64,000 bases of DNA. It comes from an uncultured virus (IMG/VR IMGVR_UViG_3300047548_000593). Lineage: Duplodnaviria > Heunggongvirae > Uroviricota > Caudoviricetes. Shown here piece after piece: positions 55,862 through 64,000 of this stretch. Each line of letters starts with the position of its first letter. Position 1 is the first letter of the stretch. The stretch lies in IMG/VR virus record IMGVR_UViG_3300047548_000593. One strand, 5' to 3'. The translations under genes and the position numbers were made by a program. The notes beneath the pieces are model-generated. The model was given only the letters and a program-made list of their open reading frames with translations. It ran no database searches and had not been told where the DNA came from.

Positions 55862-57628
55862 TTGGCTTTCTTTATTAGACACGAAAATTGCGAACATTGT
55901 GGGAGTAGTGACGCTAAGGCTGTCTATTCAGACGACAGTTGGCATTGCTTCTCTTGCAAGAAGGGCAGTCTAAGTCAAGAGTACAAAGAGGCTCTTGACA
56001 CAAACAAGAAAACAAAGCATAATTCAAGGGTTAAGAGTTCATTTGGAAAGGATCAAAAAGATATGGAAATCAAGCCTAGCGCTAAACCTGCTCTGACTCA
56101 AGAAGAGATCGAAGAGATTAAAGAGGAAACATCGACAAAGACCAAAGGCTTTCGTTCAATCGAAGACTATGTGACTTCATACTTCGGTGTTCGTCATGCC
56201 TACGATCAGGAAACTGGTGACGTTATCGAGCAGTACTATCCCTGTACTCAGGATGGTCAACTAGTGGGTTTCAAGGTTCGTGAAGTACCTAAGAACTTCT
56301 ATTCTCGTGGTCGTACTGGAGCAGATTGTGAGCTGTTCATGCAGTTTCGTTTCAATCGTGGAGGCAAGTACATTCTGATTACAGAAGGTGAAGTTGATGC
56401 CTTGTCTGCATTTCAGATGCTCAAGGAATACAATAGCGGTCGAGGCTCAGATTATGAAACCGCTGTAGTTAGCCCTACAACCGGTGCTAATTCGCACAAG
56501 CAGATCGCGGCTCAGTACAAATTCTTTGATACATTCGATCAGATCATCTTGTCTTACGACAACGATAAAGCTGGTCAGGCAGCTATTGAAGAAGTAGTCA
56601 AAGTCCTACCAAAGGGCAAGGTAAAGATCATGCAGATGCGTTACAAAGACGCTAATGAATATCTGACCAACAACAAGTCTTCAGAGTTCATTCGTGACTT
56701 CTATGGCGCAAAGCGCTACACTCCTGTAGGTGTTGTAGGTTCAGGTGATTTGTATTCAAAGATTCTGGAGCAAGCTGTTGTACCAAAGGTGCCATTCCCA
56801 CCATTCATGAAGAAACTAAATGAAATGCTGGTAGGTGGTTTACCTCTTGGGCACATTGTCAATATTGCCGCAGGTACTGGGCTAGGCAAGACTAGCTTCG
56901 TTAATGAATTGATCTATTTCTGGATCTTTCATTCACCACACAAGATTGGCATTGTATCGATGGAGCTTGATTCAGGTCAGTATGGCGAAACAATCTTGGG
57001 TCGTCACCTGAGTCGCAAGCTATCTCTGATTCAAGATGATAAGCTCAAGAAGAATTATATTGAGTCAGATCAAGTAAGACAAAAAGCACAGGAGCTATTC
57101 TATAATGAAGACGGTCAGCATCGATTCTACCTTCTGGACAATCGTGACGGTAGTGTCGAAGAGATTCAGGACACAATTGAAGAACTGGTTGTATCTTGTG
57201 GTTGCCGCATCGTTGTGCTTGATCCTCTACAGGATATTCTTGACGGTCTGACAATTGACGAGCAAGCTGTATTTATGAAGTGGTGCAAGGGGCTTATCAA
57301 GAGTCACAATGTAACCTTGATCTTCATTAACCACATTCGTAAAGCAGCTTCTGGTGGTGCTAATTCAGCCAAAGGCGATATGTACATGGAAGAGGAAATT
57401 CAAGGTAGCTCGACAATCATCAAGTCAGCTTCTGCCAATATTCTTCTTAGCCGTAACAAGTATGCCGAGGATGAAATTGAACGTAATACGACTAAGGTCA
57501 TGCTCAGTAAGAACCGCATTTGTGGTCTTACAGGCCCAGCGGGTGAAGTCTACTATGAAAACGAGACACACACGCTGTACGACAAAGAGTACTACTTCAC
57601 TTCAGTCAACCCGCAGACGATTGACTAA
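55862..57628 (+). CDS. DNA primase-helicase (T7 gp4-like)
   Basis: Zn finger CEHCGSSD..CFSC; TOPRIM ITEGEVDA and DNDKAG; GTGLGKT; GSSTI; KNR. Confidence 0.95.
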   Translation: MAFFIRHENCEHCGSSDAKAVYSDDSWHCFSCKKGSLSQEYKEALDTNKKTKHNSRVKSSFGKDQKDMEIKPSAKPALTQEEIEEIKEETSTKTKGFRSIEDYVTSYFGVRHAYDQETGDVIEQYYPCTQDGQLVGFKVREVPKNFYSRGRTGADCELFMQFRFNRGGKYILITEGEVDALSAFQMLKEYNSGRGSDYETAVVSPTTGANSHKQIAAQYKFFDTFDQIILSYDNDKAGQAAIEEVVKVLPKGKVKIMQMRYKDANEYLTNNKSSEFIRDFYGAKRYTPVGVVGSGDLYSKILEQAVVPKVPFPPFMKKLNEMLVGGLPLGHIVNIAAGTGLGKTSFVNELIYFWIFHSPHKIGIVSMELDSGQYGETILGRHLSRKLSLIQDDKLKKNYIESDQVRQKAQELFYNEDGQHRFYLLDNRDGSVEEIQDTIEELVVSCGCRIVVLDPLQDILDGLTIDEQAVFMKWCKGLIKSHNVTLIFINHIRKAASGGANSAKGDMYMEEEIQGSSTIIKSASANILLSRNKYAEDEIERNTTKVMLSKNRICGLTGPAGEVYYENETHTLYDKEYYFTSVNPQTID

Positions 57629-57641
57629 ATTTTTGACATAG

Positions 57642-57676
57642 TTGACAAACACCCTGAGTTGCGATATACTCAGGGT
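57642..57676 (+). promoter_or_regulatory. polymerase promoter with overlapping 9-bp inverted repeat
   Basis: TTGACA-17-TATACT; ACCCTGAGT-N8-ACTCAGGGT. Confidence 0.75.
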
Positions 57677-57699
57677 TGTTTTCATTTGAAGGGGAAGTT

Positions 57700-59997
57700 A
57701 TGCGTTTTATTGTTGACATTGAATCCACAAATCTTCTGCAAAACGGACTGGATTACACTTCAATGCCATACCGACTCAAGCCTGACTACAAGGTTTGGTG
57801 TGTAGTCTTTCGTAACATCGATACGAATGCAGTCAAGACTTTTGTGAAAGAGGATATCTCAAAGGAAGCTATCAAGCACTTCCTGAAGGATTGCACAGAG
57901 CTTATTGGTCACAACATTGTCACCTTCGATTTGCCTGTCCTGAAACTATATGATGTTCTGGACTACGAGATTGGTTATCCCGGTCAGCCTAGCACCCTAT
58001 TCGGTAAGCCAGTTACTATTACTGACACACTGATCTGGTCTAAGCTACTCAATGCTGATCGCTTTGGTGGTCATAGCCTAGACGCTTGGGGTAAGCGCCT
58101 TGGCAATTTCAAGACTCATTTTGAAGAGTGGGATCGATTCTCTCAAGAAATGCTTGACTACTGTATTCAAGATACTAGTGTCAATAAATCAATCCTAGAT
58201 CATCTTATCGAAGAGCAAGGTGGGCATGATTGGACTCGTCCTTACACTATGGAAATCAAGCTGGCTGATCTAACCCTTCGCCAAGAGCTGTTTGGTTTTC
58301 ACTTTGACAAGGAACTGGCTTACAAGAATGTTGAAGAGCTGGCACAAATGATGCAGGCTATCGCAAAGAACGTAGATCATCTTCTACCAAAGAAGAAGCT
58401 ACCAAAGATTGAAGCCAGCTTCTACCAAATGCCAAAGATTCGTTTCAAGAAGAATGGCGAGCTGTCTGCTAATATGCTGAAGTTCTGCGAAAAGGTTGGA
58501 GCAACTATTTCAGAAGATCATAAGACTATTACCTTTGATGGCAAGGTCTTTCCGATCACTACAGATGAACCTCTGAAGACTGAAACAGAAGCTACAATCG
58601 AAGACATTGATGTAGTCAAAGGCTACCTGCTATCTCTTGGCTGGATTCCTACAGAAGTCAAGGAACGAGATCTGGTCAAGAATCAAGACAAGACAGCTAA
58701 GAAATATAACGAAATTGTTGAAGCAATTGATCGCTATGTAAAGCAGACTGAGACTTCTGTTTTCAGAGAACTTCGTCTGGAGCTTCTTGAAACTAGTATG
58801 GATGCCCTGCGGGATGTCCTGCTAGACCGGATTGACAATGCAAAGCCAATCTATGTCCCAACAACACCAAAGCTAACTGTAGGTGTTGAAAAGGAAATCT
58901 GCCCCAATCTGATTGAGCTTGGTGAAAAAGCTGAGTTTGTCAAGGATGTGGTTAGCTACTTTACCTACCGGCATCGCAAGAACGCTATCTCTGGTGGTGT
59001 TCTAGATGAAGACGGAGAGCCTGTTACAGGCTTTCTGAGCGCTGTTCGTGAAGATGGACGTATCCCTACCCCAGCAGACACTCTAGGCGCTAATACAGGC
59101 CGCTATCGACACAAGGTTGTGTGTAACATTCCTCGTGTGACTTCGCTGTATGGTGAACAGATGCGAAACCTGTTTGGCTCTGGCAAAGGCTTGTGGCAAC
59201 TGGGCTATGATTTTGCTTCGCTTGAAGCTCGTATCATGGGGCACTACGTTATCCCTTACAAAGATGGTGCGAATCTAGCCAATGCGCTTGTTGCAGAAAA
59301 GCCAAACGATATTCATAGCATCAATGCTCGTAAGCTAGGTATTGATCGCAGTGCAGCAAAGTCGTTCAGCTATGCAGCTATTTATGGAGCGCAGCCAAAG
59401 AAGCTGTCAAAGATGCTGGGGATTACTGAAGCAGAAGGTCGGCGCTTGTTCAATGAATACTGGGAAGCTGTACCTGCACTCAAAGAGCTTAAGAGCAAGG
59501 TCGAGAAGACATGGGAAGCCAGCGGCAAGAAGTACATTCCGGGTCTAGATGGACGCCGGTTGTCTACTCGTAGTAAGCATAGTCTTATTAACGTTCTGTT
59601 TCAGTCTGGTGGTGCTATCTCTGCTAAGTGGTCTGCTGTTCGGTTAGCTCAAGCAATGGAAGAGAATGGCATCCTTGGTGACCCATTCAAGGATACAAAG
59701 CAAGACGCTAAGGTCTGGTGGTTGATTCATATGCACGATGAGCAACAGATGGCTGTACATCCTTCACTGCTATCGGTTAAGACGTTTGCATCAGAAGAAG
59801 ATGCAAAGGCTTTCACTAAAGTCAACGAAGGTTGTAGTGCAGTCGGACATGGCTCAAAGGGCGCTTATGTAGGCATCAAGACTCTTCCTGTTGAGTGCAT
59901 TGCAAAAGGTATCGAGCAAGCTGGCAAAGAACTAAAACTTCGTGTAGAATTAGGCTTTGAGTGGATTCCCGGTCTGAACTGGGGCCAGTGTCACTAA
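57700..59997 (+). CDS. family A DNA polymerase (T7-like, with 3'-5' exonuclease)
   Basis: DIES, GHNIVTFD, YCIQD; motif A DFASLEAR; motif B RSAAKSFSYAAIYG; motif C HDE. Confidence 0.96.
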   Translation: MRFIVDIESTNLLQNGLDYTSMPYRLKPDYKVWCVVFRNIDTNAVKTFVKEDISKEAIKHFLKDCTELIGHNIVTFDLPVLKLYDVLDYEIGYPGQPSTLFGKPVTITDTLIWSKLLNADRFGGHSLDAWGKRLGNFKTHFEEWDRFSQEMLDYCIQDTSVNKSILDHLIEEQGGHDWTRPYTMEIKLADLTLRQELFGFHFDKELAYKNVEELAQMMQAIAKNVDHLLPKKKLPKIEASFYQMPKIRFKKNGELSANMLKFCEKVGATISEDHKTITFDGKVFPITTDEPLKTETEATIEDIDVVKGYLLSLGWIPTEVKERDLVKNQDKTAKKYNEIVEAIDRYVKQTETSVFRELRLELLETSMDALRDVLLDRIDNAKPIYVPTTPKLTVGVEKEICPNLIELGEKAEFVKDVVSYFTYRHRKNAISGGVLDEDGEPVTGFLSAVREDGRIPTPADTLGANTGRYRHKVVCNIPRVTSLYGEQMRNLFGSGKGLWQLGYDFASLEARIMGHYVIPYKDGANLANALVAEKPNDIHSINARKLGIDRSAAKSFSYAAIYGAQPKKLSKMLGITEAEGRRLFNEYWEAVPALKELKSKVEKTWEASGKKYIPGLDGRRLSTRSKHSLINVLFQSGGAISAKWSAVRLAQAMEENGILGDPFKDTKQDAKVWWLIHMHDEQQMAVHPSLLSVKTFASEEDAKAFTKVNEGCSAVGHGSKGAYVGIKTLPVECIAKGIEQAGKELKLRVELGFEWIPGLNWGQCH

Positions 59998-60016
59998 AAA
60001 AAATTCTTGAAAGGTA

Positions 60017-60045
60017 TTGCAGAATCCAAATTTTTGCTGTACAAT
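60017..60045 (+). promoter_or_regulatory. promoter for tRNA-Arg
   Basis: TTGCAG-17-TACAAT preceded by AGGTA. Confidence 0.65.
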
Positions 60046-60061
60046 TCAAGCATTGAATGAA

Positions 60062-60138
60062 GAGACTATAGCTCAGTTGGATAGAGCAACAGCCTTCTAA
60101 GCTGTGGGTCGGGGGTTCGAATCCCTCTAGTCTCGCCA
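60062..60138 (+). tRNA. tRNA-Arg(TCT)
   Basis: Canonical cloverleaf, CTTCTAA loop, CCA. Confidence 0.95.
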
Positions 60139-60271
60139 AGTAAAGGCAAGGTAGCTCCTTGCATCTCAGGTAAGAGAATGTTATCCCATCAGGTGCAAAG
60201 CCTGTCCATAAAATAAGTCCAGCAACACTTGTTACTCCAACGCAAGTAACAAAAACTGTCTTCAAAAAGGC

Positions 60272-60300
60272 TTGACAGAGCATAGCAAAACTGCTATAAT
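60272..60300 (+). promoter_or_regulatory. consensus sigma70 promoter
   Basis: TTGACA-17-TATAAT with extended TG. Confidence 0.85.
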
Positions 60301-60374
60301 TCAGTCAAACAAACCGTGGTCACTTCGGTCAAGTGACATTTACACTTTGGAAACATTTGGAGAAAGGAAAAATT

Positions 60375-60974
60375 ATGCCAATTCGTAAACTCACTGGAAC
60401 CCTGCTTTATGTTCAGGTACAAACACCAGTTGATTGCTATACAAAAGAAAAGGGTCAGGAGTGGAAGGCATCTATTTGCGTAGATGAAGATACTGCCGAT
60501 CTATGGGATGAAGACTACTCAAAGCAACCTGCCACAGCAGTTAAAACTTCAGAGTTTGAGTCAAAGTACAAAGTACCTGCACCATTCCCTGATGCAAAAA
60601 AGCAGTATATCATTACTCTTCGTAAAAATACTAAACTAGGTAATGGTAACGATGTTCCTGAGATCTACCAGCCAAAGGTATTGCTACCCCAAGAGGATGG
60701 TTCAAACAAGGACGTAACACATGAAATCCTAGTTGGCAATGGCAGTAAGGGCAGCATCAGTGTAGACCTTTGGGAGACTCGTTCAGGCACTAATGTAGCC
60801 CGCCTAAAGAATATTCTTGTAACTGATCTAGTCAAGTACGAGAAGAAAGAAAGCGAAGGTTCTGCTTATGTTCCCGGTTCAGAGTTTGGTGATGCTCCTA
60901 AGAAGCCTGCAAGCAAGCCTGCAAAGACTCGCGCTAAGGTTGAAGAAGATCAAGAAGAAGACGCTCCATTTTAA
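60375..60974 (+). CDS. single-stranded DNA-binding protein (gp2.5-like)
   Basis: LVGNGSKG motif; acidic tail ending EEDAPF; follows the polymerase. Confidence 0.8.
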   Translation: MPIRKLTGTLLYVQVQTPVDCYTKEKGQEWKASICVDEDTADLWDEDYSKQPATAVKTSEFESKYKVPAPFPDAKKQYIITLRKNTKLGNGNDVPEIYQPKVLLPQEDGSNKDVTHEILVGNGSKGSISVDLWETRSGTNVARLKNILVTDLVKYEKKESEGSAYVPGSEFGDAPKKPASKPAKTRAKVEEDQEEDAPF

Positions 60975-60990
60975 TTGAAAGGATAGCCAA

Positions 60991-61200
60991 ATGACTAAGC
61001 AACAAAAAGATATTCTCTACAGCCTAGGTTTTGCTCTAGTGATTATTTTGCTGATTGTGTTTGGCCCTTTTGTTATCATTTGGGCACTGAACACCTTGTT
61101 CCCTGTTCTAGCAATTAATTACGGTTTCTGGCAGTGGCTGGCTGTAGTTTTGCTGAATCTTATTCTGCGTAGTAGTGTTTCTCTTCGAAAGGAAGACTGA
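60991..61200 (+). CDS. small membrane protein
   Basis: Two hydrophobic segments. Confidence 0.7.
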   Translation: MTKQQKDILYSLGFALVIILLIVFGPFVIIWALNTLFPVLAINYGFWQWLAVVLLNLILRSSVSLRKED

Positions 61201-61418
61201 TGAATCAACAAGAAGCTATTTCACAACTGGTAAAGCTATACATCGAAGAGGGTTCTCTGGCAGAACAGATCAAAGATATTAAGGATGAAGCTAAAGCCTC
61301 TGGCCTAAATCCTACGATCTTATCTTCAGTAGCTAAAGCTATCGCAAATAACAAGGTAGACGAGTTAAAAGAAAAAAGCGAAGAGTTACTAAAGACAATT
61401 TCAGTAGCCCGTAGTTAA
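61200..61418 (+). CDS. dsDNA-binding protein (T4 DsbA/GapR-like)
   Basis: EQIKDIKDEAKASGLNP helical motif. Confidence 0.6.
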   Translation: MNQQEAISQLVKLYIEEGSLAEQIKDIKDEAKASGLNPTILSSVAKAIANNKVDELKEKSEELLKTISVARS

Positions 61419-61421
61419 TCT

Positions 61422-61454
61422 AAGCCCGAAGGCTAATAACCTTCGGGTTTTTTC
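61422..61454 (+). terminator. intrinsic terminator
   Basis: CCCGAAGG-loop-CCTTCGGG-TTTTTT. Confidence 0.8.
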
Positions 61455-61469
61455 TTATGTAAGGGGAAT

Positions 61470-62459
61470 ATGAATTCAGACAAAGAAAAGATACTAATCA
61501 TTGATGGAGATCTGATCGCATACAGATATGCCGCCGCCGCTGAAGAAAGAAGTGTCATCGTAAAGCATCTAAAAACAGGAAAAGAAAAAGAGTTTAAGAA
61601 TCGAACAGAATTCAAGGACTTATTAAAAGAAAAAGGCATGGAGTATAAACCAGAAGCCTACCAGATTGTAGATGTGCAAAAACCTGAAGATGTTTCCTTT
61701 GCATTGGGGACAATCAAGAGACTGATTACAAAACTTCAGGATTTTAGTTGGTGCGACAGAACTGAAATTTATTTGGGATCAGGGAAGACTTTTAGGCACA
61801 GCTTACCTCTTCCAACTCCATATAAAGATAACAGAGAAGGTCTACTAAAACCTGTTCATCTAGAGGCAGCAAGAGACTACATGAAATCAAAATACAATGC
61901 AAAGATTATTTCTGACATTGAAGTTGATGACATGGTGACAATCAGAGCATATGAAGAGCTATCTCAAAATAATGAACCAATCTTAGCCAGCGTAGATAAG
62001 GACAGCTACCAAAGCCAAGGGGTTGTTTTACTGAACTGGATGAATGAAGACTGGAAGCTAGAGAAGATTCCAGAGGTCGGTGACCTATACAAAGATAAAG
62101 CAGCTATCAAAGGCAGAGGGTTAAAATTCTTAGCCTTTCAAACACTAGCTGGTGACAATGCAGACACTTACTGCGGTTACCAACTGTCCAAGTTAAAGTA
62201 TGGCCCCACAAAGGCCATGAAAGCCCTTGAGAGCGCTAAAACAGAGCAGGAGGTTATGCAGGTACTGGTCAACGAGTACAAGCGCCTGTATCCCGATCCT
62301 GTTGAATATACAGACTGTCATGGTCAGCATCATGTAGCCGATTGGCACGATTTGCTCAAGCTGTATTGGCAGTGTGCTTACATGAAACGTTCCAGAAAAG
62401 ACACCGGAAACATCAAAGAATTTTGCAAGCTAAGGGGAATTGAAATTGAAATACCGTAA
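61470..62459 (+). CDS. 5'-3' exonuclease / RNase H (T7 gp6-like)
   Basis: IDGDLIAY, YKDNR, EVDD, DKD and GDNAD motifs. Confidence 0.9.
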   Translation: MNSDKEKILIIDGDLIAYRYAAAAEERSVIVKHLKTGKEKEFKNRTEFKDLLKEKGMEYKPEAYQIVDVQKPEDVSFALGTIKRLITKLQDFSWCDRTEIYLGSGKTFRHSLPLPTPYKDNREGLLKPVHLEAARDYMKSKYNAKIISDIEVDDMVTIRAYEELSQNNEPILASVDKDSYQSQGVVLLNWMNEDWKLEKIPEVGDLYKDKAAIKGRGLKFLAFQTLAGDNADTYCGYQLSKLKYGPTKAMKALESAKTEQEVMQVLVNEYKRLYPDPVEYTDCHGQHHVADWHDLLKLYWQCAYMKRSRKDTGNIKEFCKLRGIEIEIP

Positions 62460-62739
62460 AAAGCCTGTTGTAGTTGAAGCTATTCAGTGGGATGGTACAA
62501 GACGAGGGATTGCATTCATTGAAGCTGCATTCAGAAAATTACAGACTAATTGTATAACTTACGCTATGGGGGATATTTACACTGAACCTGTAAGTTGGAC
62601 TATCCATACACTTGAAGGTCTGATTACAGCTTTACCGGGTGATTTCATTATCAAAGGTGTCAACGGTGAATTTTATCCCTGCAAACCAGATATCTTCGAA
62701 AAGACTTATGAAAGGGTTGACGATGAGCCTAACAACTGA
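62440..62739 (+). CDS. PGDYG-like conserved phage protein
   Basis: YRKKPVVVEAIQW...TLEG...PGDFIIKGVNGEFYPCKPDIFEKTYE. Confidence 0.8.
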   Translation: MKLKYRKKPVVVEAIQWDGTRRGIAFIEAAFRKLQTNCITYAMGDIYTEPVSWTIHTLEGLITALPGDFIIKGVNGEFYPCKPDIFEKTYERVDDEPNN

Positions 62740-62941
62740 AGACGTAGTTTATAGACTATATAAAAGAGCAGAGATCCGCAGGCAGATTCCCAGTCGTAAA
62801 TCAGTGCAAGAGGGAAAGCCCGACAGGATTGCAGACCTTCTTGAAGAAGCGGCAAGAGAGATTATGCTCTTAAGAAGATCAGTAAGTAGTTTAGCATTCC
62901 AGATCAATGATCTAGAAAAGAGAATCTATGAAGGAGCATAA
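62723..62941 (+). CDS. conserved phage protein
   Basis: VYRLYKRAEIRRQIPSRKSVQEGKPDRIADLLEEAA. Confidence 0.7.
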   Translation: MSLTTEDVVYRLYKRAEIRRQIPSRKSVQEGKPDRIADLLEEAAREIMLLRRSVSSLAFQINDLEKRIYEGA

Positions 62942-63437
62942 GACAAAAGAGTTGTACAATACAACTGATGTCAAGCAAGTCAGAGAGTTTCTTACGAAAG
63001 AGCAAGGCAATCTTGATGCTTTGACCGGACTACCGATTGAGCCAAAGCAGCATGTACTGGATCATTGCCATAAGACAATGCTAGTTCGTGCTGTCCTGTC
63101 CAGACAGACAAATGCTTCTTTAGGTAAGATTGAAAATGTTTGGACAAGGTATCTAAGCTACTGGTATCCTCACGACTTACCTACATTCCTTGAGCAGTGT
63201 GCTGAGTATCTACGCAAGGAGAAGGATCATAGATGGTATCATCCTCAGTGGATCAAGAAGATCAATACTGAATTCAATAAACTCAGGGAAGCAGACAAGG
63301 ACGAAGTACTGCATCAGCTACTAGGGAAGAAGGGTAAGAATGCTTCAGAAAGAAAGCAACTTTTTCAGCAACTAGTATTGACAAAGGAGTTTGGTTATGA
63401 TACACTTCGCTCTGTCATCAACAATGTGAAAGGCTAA
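62928..63437 (+). CDS. endonuclease VII-like protein
   Basis: LDHCHKT..VRAVL...NASLG motif. Confidence 0.82.
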   Translation: MKEHKTKELYNTTDVKQVREFLTKEQGNLDALTGLPIEPKQHVLDHCHKTMLVRAVLSRQTNASLGKIENVWTRYLSYWYPHDLPTFLEQCAEYLRKEKDHRWYHPQWIKKINTEFNKLREADKDEVLHQLLGKKGKNASERKQLFQQLVLTKEFGYDTLRSVINNVKG

Positions 63438-63438
63438 C

Positions 63439-63639
63439 ATGAAAGTAAGAGTTGTAAGTTGTCAAAACCCAATTCTTTGGTACAACAAACATATCGGTGA
63501 AGAGTTTATTGTTCATTTCATCGAAGACCAAGCATATTGGACAAGAGAGCGAGATGGTGTATTTAACTGTCTTAACTGGATTCACAGAGACGATTGTACT
63601 ATCGTTGAAGGTAATATTGAAACGAAAGGAAATGAATGA
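63439..63639 (+). CDS. hypothetical protein
   Basis: WYNKHIGEEF motif; operon packing. Confidence 0.65.
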   Translation: MKVRVVSCQNPILWYNKHIGEEFIVHFIEDQAYWTRERDGVFNCLNWIHRDDCTIVEGNIETKGNE

Positions 63640-64000
63640 TCACCTCAAGGCACTCAAACGAAACTATCTCAAAGATTGTTGAGCTTAAACACAAAGGTCT
63701 ATCTAGCCGAGCTATTGCTGAAGAACTAGGCATCAGCAAAACAAGTGTTAATGAAACCTACAACCGTTGGTCACAAGGTATTTTGACAAATGACTATCCA
63801 GATGGAGAACTGGAGTACCAAGAAGTAGGTAACCAATTCTTCCGAGAGCGAGGCCCACGGATTCTCTTCTTTGATCTGGAAAGCACACCAAGTATTGTTG
63901 CTACTTTTGGACGTTGGAAGCAGAACATTGGAACAGAGTCTGTACTACGAGAAGGTGGCTATCTTCTATCAGCTTGCTGGAAGTTCTATGGCGATGAAAA
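63636..64000 (+). CDS. HTH plus DnaQ/RNase H-like exonuclease, truncated at window end
   Basis: Open from ATG 63636: GLSSRAIAEELGISKTSV (HTH) then PRILFFDLES. Confidence 0.75.
   Translation, partial: MITSRHSNETISKIVELKHKGLSSRAIAEELGISKTSVNETYNRWSQGILTNDYPDGELEYQEVGNQFFRERGPRILFFDLESTPSIVATFGRWKQNIGTESVLREGGYLLSACWKFYGDE

Overview
This is about 64 kb of a tailed dsDNA bacteriophage genome, siphovirus-type and apparently lytic (no integrase or repressor seen in this window). Four blocks are visible. (1) 1-27.6 kb, minus strand: virion module with TerS, TerL, portal, an ~8.5-kb fibre/adhesin cassette, prohead protease, scaffold, head decoration, major capsid, neck, tail tube, tail chaperones and an 1800-aa tape measure, preceded by a tRNA/ncRNA cluster. 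(2) 28.4-30.2 kb, plus strand: a PhoH/ClpP operon. (3) 30.8-51.8 kb, minus strand: early/accessory region with a GC-rich block, a repeat-rich non-coding kb, many small genes with their own promoters, a C5-methylase-like gene, HNH, SleB hydrolase, HU, ThyX, an RNA-repair cluster and two deaminases. (4) 52-64 kb, plus strand: replication module with a second RNA ligase, T7-like primase-helicase, PolA, SSB, exonucleases and Endo VII. The most notable observations are a separately promoted tRNA-shaped RNA with a 20-nt anticodon loop, further atypical tRNA and structured RNAs alongside two RNA ligases, a +1 tail-chaperone frameshift at CCC-UGA, a promoter family with a GGGTA box, a candidate R-loop origin, and apparent CCWGG avoidance. 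All family assignments come from motif recognition by eye; no searches were run.
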